Positions 26,639-37,617 of a stretch of 64,000 nucleotides of DNA are shown one piece after another. The stretch's first letter is position 1; each line of letters starts with the position of its first letter. The DNA is from Octopus sinensis. Taxonomy: Eukaryota. The notes beneath the pieces are model-generated. The model was not told the origin of the DNA. It made no database searches and saw nothing but the letters and a program-made list of their open reading frames with translations. Location of the stretch: NCBI RefSeq assembly GCF_006345805.1, contig NC_043024.1, positions 13,640,001-13,704,000 of the forward strand. Direction: 5' to 3'. The translations under genes and the position numbers were made by a program.

Positions 26639-26640
<2 letters not shown>
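26342..26640. mobile_element. Family H foldback element (inverted ~70-bp arms) containing a degenerate hammerhead at 26527-26564
   Basis: Arm 26342-26413 is an imperfect reverse complement of 26569-26640. TCTTT-CTGTTCA-AGAGC(GTAG)GCTC-GAAAC-GTA-AGAGG. Related arms occur at 43575-43665 and 47415-47500. Confidence 0.6.
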
Positions 26641-26703
<63 letters not shown>

Positions 26704-27723
26704 ATATACTACATATATGTGGGGGCGCAATTGAATCTTTAATGTGATAACATCTACTTCCTTGCGAGAAAGTAAACTTTCATTTAATCAAGATATTCTT
26801 GACAGGAAGAGTATACACTTCGATGGCTATTTACCTCTACTGAGGTAGGTTCCATTCGGAATAAGGCATATGTAGCTCGTATCTTATTCACTCCATTCTG
26901 TAACGCTTTTATTCTTAGTCTCACACCCGGCAACCTTGGTTGCCTACCGTGAAATGTAATAAGAAGTTTATTTCAGTCTATCGTACTTCCATACGAAAAA
27001 TTCCACAAGATTCCGTTTCAGTAAGCCATTATTTTCATTGAGAGTTTTATTTATATTCACTACGGATTGCTTGAAGTTAACTTTCTTTCTACACCTCGAA
27101 TCCTGGATCATACATTATAGATGGATATATATATATATAGGTAGATATATATACCTACCTATTTTGTTTTGGTGTCTCGCTATGCCACATACGACTATGA
27201 GGATTTACCTTCCTAATGTAGTTCGCTTTTTACCGAAACTTATTCTCAAACCTTCTATAATGTAATACATGTCTTTGGTGTGGTAATTGTACGCGGTTGA
27301 AGAAGGCTGTTGACCTATATGTTATATCAATTATGCATTGATATAAATTGCTCAATAAAGCCAGAAACATATGTACCGCAAAATCCTTTGCATTCTGTTT
27401 TTTCTTTTGATAAATATAGAGGTATATAGATAGACAGAGAGATAGATAGATATGTAGATAGATAGAGATAGATAGATAGATATATAGATAGATGGATGGA
27501 TGGATGGATGGATGGATGGATGGATGGATGGATAGACAGACAGACAGACAGAGAAGTATATGGTTATGTCTTATCAGTCAATATTCCAGAGTGTATCAGT
27601 ATTTCTGTGTGTGTCTGTCTGTCTAAGTTCGTGTGTGTGTGTGTGTAAAGCATAAGCATGTGGATATAAATAAATGGCATATGCCCATATTATGCAAAGT
27701 GTACAAGTATATATACATATATA

Positions 27724-27762
<39 letters not shown>

Positions 27763-27904
27763 CATACACACATACATATATTCACACACATACACATATG
27801 TAAATAATAACGATGACAATGATAAGATAATAATAATAATAATAATAATAATAATCAAATAATAATAATAATCAAATAATAATCAAATAATAATAATCAA
27901 ATCA

Positions 27905-30900
27905 AATCATGATTGAATGGCTGAAAATTAAAGAAACCAGCATGGATGAGCGTGATACACTTCCTAAAATCCGCAACTCTAACCAAAACATGAAAATAAT
28001 TGGTAAAATCCGGCTTGCACTTAAGTATATAATTTCAGTTAATGATGTTGATAGCACAAACCTCAACCACCTATACTATGCATCCGCGAAAATCTCAACG
28101 ATCCTATGTGTGTGTGTAAAGATTAGAAAACGGCAACAGTCCCACAAAAAGCCTTCTTGGCAAGAGCGTCTGCAACAACAAATTAAAGTATTTAGATCTG
28201 ACATTGAATATTTGAAAAACCTTAAGGCTCACAAGACTACCAAACCTACAAAAACCCAAAAATTACTGAAAAAATACAATATGAAAACTATACTTGATAT
28301 TGATGCCACCATAGAAACCATCAAACAAAAGGTATCTGCCAAAGCTGCCCGCATAGCGAGGTATGAAATGCCTGTTAGATTTTTCAAGGACAACAACATG
28401 TTCAAAAATAACACCAAGAATTTTTACAGGAAGATAGGAAAAACAGCGTTTACTGCAGGTCTGTACCATCAAAAGAAGAAGTGCAGAGATTTTGGAATAA
28501 AATCTGGGCAGAAGAAAAAACACACAACGAAAAGGCCCCGGATTGACAGAATATCTACAGAACTGACCCCTTAGAAGAGCAAAAGTGGGAGGGTGTCAAG
28601 GTAGAAGATATAAGATCTGCTCTCAGGAGGTCAAGCAAATGGAAGTCTCCAGGAAAGGATAAAATTTCTAACTTCTGGCTGAATGCCTTCCCAGAGAGCC
28701 ATGAACTGCTAACAGAACTGTACAATGTTTTGCAACACCCTAGTAGGACGCCTCCTTGGCTAGTTAATGGGTTAACATTCCTGCTTCCAAAAGTGAAGAA
28801 ACAAATGAACCAAAAAACTATAGACCCATAACCTGCTTAACAACACTATGTACAAAACACTAACATCTGTCCTGACGGAATATACCTATAGTTTTTTAAC
28901 AGACAGCAGCATATTCCCTAATGAACAGAAAGGATGTAAACGTGGATCCTACGGCTGTAAAGACCAACTACTCATCAATAAGATGATCTTAGAAGATTGT
29001 CACAAACGACAAAAAAACTTATCAATAGCCTGGATAGACTAAAAAAGGCTTTTGATAGCCTACCACATAGCTGATTAGGAAATGCCTTCAATGTATAAGA
29101 TAGCCCCAACTCTGCGAAACTTCTTGACTGTAAGTATGAGATCATGGAGAACCACACTAACTCTGAACAGTGACAGTGAATCCCTAAATGCTGGTGATGT
29201 AAAAATTTCGTGTGGCATTTTCCAGGGTGACTCACTGTCACCACTCCTCTTTTGTTTATCCTTAATACCTACTCTCTCAAAGCTGCTCAATAACGCGCAG
29301 TACGGGTATAAAATGTTTGATAAAAATATAAATCATCTCGTTTACATGGATGATTTAAAGCTTTTTGCAAAAATGATCAACAACTCAAGGGCTTACTAGC
29401 GATAGTCAAACAATTCAGTGTCGACATCAGAATGCAATTCGGCCTCGATAAATGTGCAAAGGCTACCTTTATCAAAGGAAAAATGACAGAAACATCTAAC
29501 GTTAACCTTGACCAACAGAATGTCATAAAAGAACTAGACCCAGCGGAGAGCTACAAGTACCTAGGGGTAATTGAAGGGAACGGAATAAGGCATTCAGAGA
29601 TGAAGGAAAGGATCAGGAGAGAATGCTATCGAAGAGTGAGAGCAATACTCAAGACAGAGCTGAATGCAAGAAACAGGATCGAAGCAATCAATGCATTAGC
29701 TATACCAGTCGTGTCTTACAGTTTCAATATTGTAACTGGTCAATTACTGAAATATGTCAGCTCGACAGAAAAATAAGGAAACTGTTGACAATGCATAGAA
29801 TGCACCACCCTAAGGCAGATACAGAACGACTCTATCTGCCAAGAAAAGAGGGAGGCCGTGGTCTTTTGCAACTGGCAATAACAATGAAGATTGCTACAAT
29901 TGGCCTAGACACCTACCTGAAAAACTCTGAGGACTGGATGTTAAAACTTGTCTCAAAACATGAAAACAAGAAAGCATCATACTCAGTCACAAAACAGGCA
30001 AAGGAATATCTAAGTGAATTCCGAATACAACCAATTTCGGATTAGAGATAGACATACAAGAACAAGCACAGAAAAGCTAGGCGCATGAAAACCCGTGAAA
30101 ACTGCGGCTTAGATATTCTGAATAATAAATGGCAAGAAACCTCTCTATGGCAATACCCAAAGAGAGCGATAATGCAGATATCGACAAAGCCCTGACCCAT
30201 CAATGGCTAATGGCCTCTGGCTTAAAATCTGAAACAGAGGGGTTTATCATAGCAGCTCAAGATCAATGCCTACCAACAAGAACTACCAGGCCAACATATT
30301 AAAGATCAGAAGCAGTCCAACGTGTCGTGTATGCAAGCAACAAAATGAAACCATTGACCATGTGGTCTCCAAGTGCAGTCTTCTAGCGCCTACAGGGTAT
30401 CTCAACAGGCACGATAGAGCTGCACAATATATTCACTGGGTAATCTGTAAAAACCTGGATTTGCCCCATGAAAAAAAACTGGTGGGAACACAAACCACCC
30501 CCAGTGCTTGAAAATGACCACATCTCACTCCTCTGGAACTTCACCATTCAAACTGACAGGAAGATAGATGCAAATAGGCCAGACATCATATTGAAAGACT
30601 TCAAACAAAGAACATGCCTCCCCATTGATATGACTGTCCCAATCGATATAAACGTATCTGTCAGGACCTACCACCAAACTGAGCAAATATAAAGATCTTG
30701 AAATAGAAATCAGCAAAATGTGGAGCTGAAGACTAAAACAATACCTGTTGTCATAGGTGCCCTGGAATGATAGCAAAAGGGGCTGATAGCTACCTAACTC
30801 AGATACCAGGAAACCCAAAATGGCAGAAGTTCAAAAGATAGTGCTCATGGGAACTGCTCATATCCTACGCAAAATACTCTCTATGTAACCTCAATGTTTA

Positions 30901-31103
30901 AAACAACCATAATTTTAGGTTTAAAAAAAAAAAAAAAAAACTTTTTTTTTTTTAGACATTCATTAGTACAACATCCCCACCCCCCAAATATATGGCACAC
31001 TAGGCATAACAACAACATGAACTTCCAACCCTGTTGTCTCTTGAGGTCTCTGGGTGAGACTTGGAGCCAACTTGTACAAATATAAAGCAAAAGTCAAACA
31101 TAG
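27905..31103 (+). mobile_element. R4/Dong-clade non-LTR retrotransposon (RT plus restriction-like endonuclease), 5'-truncated, multiple frameshifts and stops
   Basis: Motifs WKSPGKDKISNFWL, YRPITCLTTMYK, EQKGCKRGSYGCKDQLLIN, AWID, GIFQGDSLSPLLF, YMDDLK, FGLDKC, YKYLG, GGRGL; CCHC CRVCKQQNETIDHVVSKC; RHD and NRPDI. Stop TAA at 30886-30888. (TAA)n on both flanks. Confidence 0.93.
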
Positions 31104-31477
31104 AATAATAATAATAATGGTGAAGATGACGACGATGATGGTGAGGATAATCGCATTAAACAGTTCTCTAGAGACGTTAAGCTCTATGGTGTATACGCGT
31201 GACTATTGTATATCTTTGAGATCTCTTCAAATGCCGCTGGACCACAATGTGGAACGATAATAATCTTCTCGCAAAAAGCTACGGAAAAATTATAGGTTAA
31301 CTGAAAATATATCATCAATGGATTTCACCTATATTCTCAGGAATCACGTTTTTGTATTTATTGTCGTAAAATCTATCCACGCTGAGTGTTTTTAGCAAAT
31401 ATTTTTAGCATCACCCTAAAATATATATAGCGTGGTAAAGCCACGTGCATTTTTCTTTCAATTTTGGAGGAAGGAAT

Positions 31478-31709
31478 AAGGCGTTGAGCTGGCAGAACCG
31501 TTAGCACGTCGGGCGAAATGCGTAGCCACATTTCGTCTGCCGCTACGTTCTGAGTTCAAATTCCACCGAGGTCGATTTTGCCGTTCATTTTTTCGGGGTC
31601 GACCAATTAAGTACTAGTTACGCACTGGAGTCGATGTAATCGACTTAATCCGTTTGTCTGTCCTTGTTAGTCCCCTCTATGTTTAGCCCCTTGTGGGTAA
31701 TAAAGAAAC
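31478..31709 (+). mobile_element. SINE family A
   Basis: Complete head, core and tail. Confidence 0.9.
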
Positions 31710-31754
31710 CGATAATAATTTTCTCGCAAAAAGCTAGGGAAAAAATTATAGGTT

Positions 31755-32412
31755 AACTCAGAACGTAAAGAGAGACGAAATACGTTAAGCATTTCGCCCG
31801 GCGTGCTAAATTTTCTTATTTCGTTATTGCCTACAAAGGGCTAAAATTAGAGGGGACAAACGAGGACAGACAAAGGGTTAAGTCAATTACATCGAACCGA
31901 GTACGTAACTGGTACTAAATTTATCGACATCGAAAGGATGAAAGGCACAGTCGACGTCGGTGGAATTTGAACTCACAACGTAAAGACAGAAGAAATACTT
32001 ATTTCTTTACTACCCACAAGGGGCTTAACACAGAGAGGAGAAACAAGGACAGACAAACGGATTAAGTCGTTTACATCGACACCAGAAACTGGTACTTATT
32101 TAATTGACCCCAAAAGGATGAAAGTCAAAGTCGACCTCGGTGGAATTTGAACTCAGAACGTAAAGACAGGCAAAATACCTATTTCTTTACTACCCACAAG
32201 GGGCTAAACACAGAGGGGAAAAATAAGGACAGACACACGAATTAAGTCGATTACATCGACCCCAATGTGCAACTGGTACTTAATTTATCTACCCCGAAAG
32301 GATAAAAGGCAAAGTCGACCTCGGCGGAATTTGAACTCAGAACGTAAAGGCAGACGAAATACCGCTAAGCATTTCGCCCGGCGTGCTAACGATTCTGCCA
32401 GCTCGCCACCTT
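31755..32412 (-). mobile_element. SINE family A trimer plus a head fragment
   Basis: Three tail/core units with junctions at ~31995 and ~32175. The head ends at gctcgccacctt (32412). Confidence 0.9.
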
Positions 32413-33194
32413 AGTTGTACCTAAATAACGATATTCCTTCCATACAACACAAACGCTTATTCAAATTAAAAAGTTTCTTTATTTGATATATTTAAATATT
32501 TCCTTAATCCTAGACTCAACTAACATTCCACTGTTAATACGAGTTATTTAATTATTGTAAAATCTAACTATTTCCTTTTCAACCATCAATTTATTAAGCT
32601 TCGTTAATTGCTTCAGTTTTCAGTGTAGTTAACTTTATTACATATTCCTCCATTTCTAATTGAACAAGTTTAGATTCCAAACAACTGATACAGACAAGAC
32701 AAGACTTGTTTTATTTCATTTTCGATTTATTTAAATCCAATTTAATTTCGTCCTGTAATAATTTCTACGAATTTATATCGCACTATATTCATTTTGTAAA
32801 CCTACTTAATTTGCCAACGTATTTTTTTCATCAACGCATATTTAATTAGTACATTTCTGGTACATATACCAAAACTTGCTCAATGGTGATAAATCGTTTA
32901 AAGAAAAACATACATAACAAATATTGCAAGTTGTTATTACTTAAAATGTGACTTTTATACAAAATTCTTGGCTAAACTATGTATCAGACTCATTTACAGA
33001 AAAATCAAGAGCTATCTCCCGACTCTATCTTCGTCGTCATCGTTGTTATCTTCATCTTATTTCACCTACTTTTCGATAAATGTATTAAATATTCCTCAGT
33101 CTCTCTCACACATTAATGCTTGGTGTTTTTTTTATGAGATATAATAATAGAGTTTTACATTAAATTACAGGAGTGTTCAGTGTAATGCTCGACG

Positions 33195-33236
33195 ATGATA
33201 ATAATAATAATAATAATAATAACAATAATAATAATG

Positions 33237-33283
<47 letters not shown>

Positions 33284-33585
33284 AATAATAAAAATAATAA
33301 TGATAATAATAATAACGATAATAATAATAACGATAATAATAATAATAATATGGTTGTGATGCATGTGCCTGGTGTACCCTTATCAGACGGGTAGTCATGA
33401 TGGGTATATTGGGCTTCGTATTTTTACCCCAGTGTCACTTTGATGGCATGCACTGCTCTCTCACTCAATAATAATAATAATAATAAAAATGATAAGAAAA
33501 ATGATGAGTTAATAGTAATAATGACAATAATAGCAAGAAGAAGAAGAATGATAATATAATGATAATAATATTAATAATAATAATA

Positions 33586-33631
<46 letters not shown>

Positions 33632-33693
33632 TATTATTATTATTATGATATGGAGAAGACTGATGAGGATGATAATAATAATAATATAATAAC

Positions 33694-33724
<31 letters not shown>

Positions 33725-33777
33725 TATATAAAATAATAATAATAATAATAAGGAGAAGACTGATGATGATGATGATG

Positions 33778-33831
<54 letters not shown>

Positions 33832-33885
33832 GTAGTAGTAATAATAATAATGACGATGATGATAATAATAATAAGAAAAAGAAGA
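33195..33885. repeat. (AAT)n/(GAT)n microsatellite complex containing a family E fragment at 33348-33466
   Basis: Read directly. Confidence 0.9.
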
Positions 33886-34418
33886 AGTGGAGAAGAAGAG
33901 GACTAACAACAACAAAAACAATGTATATGTGTATATATATATATATATATAATATATATATATACGTGTGTTAGTGTGTGTATGTGTCTAGTTGTAACTT
34001 TACAAACAAAAACACACAAATTTATAGAGTCGTAATTAAATTGCGAATGAAATATCTGATAAGATAGAGATGCATTTAATACATATCAAAAACATTCCAA
34101 ATCTGAAAGTGACTCGATATCTTCATTGTAAGAGTTTTAATCAAATAATGTTAAATCGAGATTCAAATCTTCAGAAATAGCACTAATTTCAAAGAGTAAA
34201 TAATTGAAAATGCCAAAGCCGGAGAACATGTGATAATTCTTCTATTGTATTTTTGGGCGGTTCCGAAATCCAAGATAACTGACATAATTAGCAGAGATAA
34301 CCATGTATGAAGGAAGCAATCTAATCCACTGTATTGTTCCAGAATCTCTGGTCTTGAGTCAGTCTTAGCAATCAATATTGTTCAGCTGATTCTTCTTATT
34401 TCAGTTGTGTGTTAAGCT

Positions 34419-34900
34419 GTGAGCTGGCAGAATCGATAGCACAGTTGCAGAAATGCTGAGCGGCACTTGGGTCCGAATTATTATTTCTTTTATTGCCAAC
34501 AAGGTGCTAAACATAGAGGGGGGACAGACAAGGACAGACAAAGGTATTAAGTCGATTACAGCGACCCCAGTGCGTAACTGGTACTTACTTTATTCACCCC
34601 GAAAGGATGAAAGGTAAAGTCGACCTCGGCGGAACTTGAACTCAAACTTAACGGCAGACCAAATACCTATTTCTTTGCTACACACAGGGGGCTAAACACA
34701 GAGAAGACAAACAAGGACAGACAAACGGATTAAGTTGATTGCCTCGACTCCAGTGTGTAACCGGTACTGATTTAATCGATCCCGAAAGGATGAAAGGCAA
34801 AGTCGATCTCGGCGGAATTTGAACTCAGAACGTAACGGCAGACGAAATACTGCTAATCATTGCGCCCAGCGTGCTAACGTTTCTGCCAGCTCGCCACCTT
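34419..34900 (-). mobile_element. SINE family A dimer (34481-34900) preceded by a plus-strand head fragment (34419-34478)
   Basis: Junction gaccaaatacctatttctttgc at ~34660. Confidence 0.88.
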
Positions 34901-34964
34901 CTTGTGAATTAAAAACGAAAACTGCATCTGATTCTCCTTATTTCACTAGATTCAAGGCTGCGAG

Positions 34965-35292
34965 CTGAGGGTTAGTTAGGGTTAGGGTTAGGGGTGGGGG
35001 TGGTGGAAGGGTATCTTTTTCTTCACAAATGTTAATAAACCCAATCTTTTTCTTCAACGAGGGACATATTCATACGGCACAGAATGCTTTTTAACTGAAT
35101 AAGCGTCAATTATTGGTTGAAATTGCAGAAATTAAAGAAAAACAACAACAAATATCTTACAAACTATAGAATTTTCTCAATGAAGGCAAGAGAAAAATAT
35201 GTTTTATAAACACATTCTACCAGTATACGAAGTTTAAAATATTTTAGTTACTTAGAAATTATGTTAAAAACTGCCGTTCAAACCGAAAAGAT
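34965..35292. repeat. Unclassified interspersed repeat starting with (TTAGGG)3
   Basis: (TTAGGG)3 at 34976-34993 followed by G-runs. The class is not established. Confidence 0.4.
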
Positions 35293-36002
35293 CCTCGAAA
35301 AGAGGTTAATTCAGTAGAGTTAGTTTGATTGCGTGATATTTCTACAAAAGCAGGATCTCCCTATGCCTTGTGTACTTGTACTGTTTTACTTGTATTTTTA
35401 TTTTTCTCTTTATCTTTATGTTTATTTTTATCATTGCTGCAGTCAAAATGACTGAAACAAATAAAATATTAGAATAATATATACCTACAATCAAACACCC
35501 ATCACGCATTATTTCGAGGAATTTTAGAATAAAATGTAGAACGCTGAAGAATACCAATAACAATGTGCTGTTAATACGAATTTTACTTTTGACACGATTG
35601 CCAATCAATATTGACAAAATACATATAATAAGTTATACTTCTGTGAAATACGAAGTGTGTATTTGCAATTCGTGACTGACGGATCCGTTAACATATCTGC
35701 TTAAATTATATTTGAACTGTAAGTTCCTTAATTTGCTTCCGGCAAAAGAAAGAAGATTGTGACATTGAAATGCACTCAGTTACCACAAACAGAATCGTCG
35801 AAGTCTATTCGTATAATACGTTTTGTTCTAATAAGTTTGCCTCGAGTTGTTTATGATTCAGCTACTCTCATAATATTATATATGTATACATATCTGTGTT
35901 GGTGTGTGTGTGTGTGTTGTGTGTGTGTGTGTAAATATATGTATATATGAGTGTGTGTATATATATATATATATATTATATATATAGGAAAATGTATATA
36001 TG

Positions 36003-36045
<43 letters not shown>

Positions 36046-36049
36046 TTAT

Positions 36050-36237
36050 ATTAATTAGAGATAAAACCACTATTAGGCAAATCATACAATGAAAAACTCA
36101 AGCCAATGCATCAGATTAATTAATTTATATTATTTTAAATATATCGCAAAATTATTAAAAAAAGATAATTAGTATACACTACGATCGTTTCATGGCTGTC
36201 CAATCTTAAAATTCGGGTTACAGTCATTCTTCAGGTG

Positions 36238-36240
<3 letters not shown>
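36050..36240 (-). mobile_element. ~190-bp hammerhead-bearing module inserted in (TA)n (likely solo PLE pLTR)
   Basis: Non-microsatellite island with (TA)n on both sides and a hammerhead at one end. Confidence 0.6.
36177..36237 (-). ncRNA. Type I hammerhead ribozyme, intact core
   Basis: CAC-CTGAAGA-ATGACTGT..ACAGCCAT-GAAAC-GATC-GTA-GTG: 8-bp stem II with one mismatch, palindromic loop III, GUA triplet. Stem I is only 3 bp. Confidence 0.75.
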
Positions 36241-36287
<47 letters not shown>

Positions 36288-36314
36288 TTGTGTATCTGAT
36301 AAGATGTAAATATA

Positions 36315-36526
36315 TATTTCTTTATTGGCCACAGGGGGTTAAACATATATTGGACAAACAAGGAAAGACAAGGGGATTAAGTCGATTACATCGACCCCAG
36401 TGGTTAACTGGTACATATATAAGCGACCCTGAAAGAATGAAATGCAAAGTCGACCTTGGCAGAATTCGAACTCAGAACGTAACTGCAGATGAAATACCGC
36501 TAGACATTTCGCCCGGCGCGCTAACG
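36315..36526 (-). mobile_element. SINE family A
   Basis: Family A tail, core and most of the head. Confidence 0.88.
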
Positions 36527-36528
36527 TG

Positions 36529-36565
<37 letters not shown>

Positions 36566-36904
36566 TACATATATATATAAGATAACAAAATAATAAATAA
36601 AACGTATACATATATGCATACATACATTTACGTACCTACATCTACATGTATATATACATGCATATATGAGTTCAGGACACAAAAAAAAACATCGAACACA
36701 ATGAGAAACGAAGACATAAACACAAAACCAAGGAAATCGACATTTTTCTTGAACAACGAAAAAATAGACTACAAGACATACAACACAAGGAAAATTCCCC
36801 GTCTTCAGACGCCTCTGTTTCATCTACTCCACGTTTATATATATATGTATATATATAATATATATATATATATAATATATTTATATACAGTTATATCGTA
36901 ACGT

Positions 36905-37290
36905 ATCGGAGACTCTAGTCTCAGGAATGAAGACGGCAGAGGTATGCAGTCAGATATGTATGGAGGACCCTAGAGGGGTTGGTACCAAGAACTATACTAA
37001 CTCCCAAACTGAACGTCGCTGCACTGTTGCTAAGGTCCCAGTTATCCTATTCAAGGTGAGGATTTGCACGACAGTAGTTGGTAATCCAAGGGCCTGCAGC
37101 TATTTAATGCTTTGCCAAAAATTTCAGGGATCTTCAAAGAGTAGTGGTAGGTGTTTTCAAGAAACAACTTGATCACCCGTTATCCAATTAAAAGGATGAA
37201 TCTATATCAAGACAAGAAACTCAAAAGATGTTGACAGTGCTCCAGCATGGCCACAGCCTTAGGACAGAAGCGTATAAACAAGTAAATATA
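36905..37290 (+). mobile_element. CR1-type LINE 3' fragment, decayed
   Basis: Frameshifted RRQRYAVRYVWRTLEGLVP and RCTVAKVP match RRERYAIIYIWKILEG and RHCVVPRTP of the 50-kb LINE. Tail gtgctccagcatggccacagcc. Confidence 0.75.
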
Positions 37291-37300
37291 TAGATATACA

Positions 37301-37334
<34 letters not shown>

Positions 37335-37527
37335 GAATAATCTTGTAGTAGATTAATCAAAAGTTTAACCGATACCTTAGTAGCAAAAATCACAGCAGTA
37401 AACAGCACGGTTGGAGGTACAACCATCTGGCGTTGCAACCGTGCGTTGGTGCGGATAATTGAAATTAAAACATTATTGGTGAATTGAAGAAATGGAGCTG
37501 AACGCAGATTGAACAGAAATCGTTTTA

Positions 37528-37617
37528 TTTCATTCTACACGTTTTTCGAAAGGCACAAATTACCAAAATCCGATTGAATAATGGGACCATATTGTGTCTT
37601 TCTCTTCAGGAAGAAAA
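37528..37617 (-). ncRNA. Hammerhead motif in the inverted 5' pLTR copy, with one core substitution (GAAAA for GAAAC)
   Basis: Reverse complement of 41025-41114 except C15.2->A. Confidence 0.7.
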
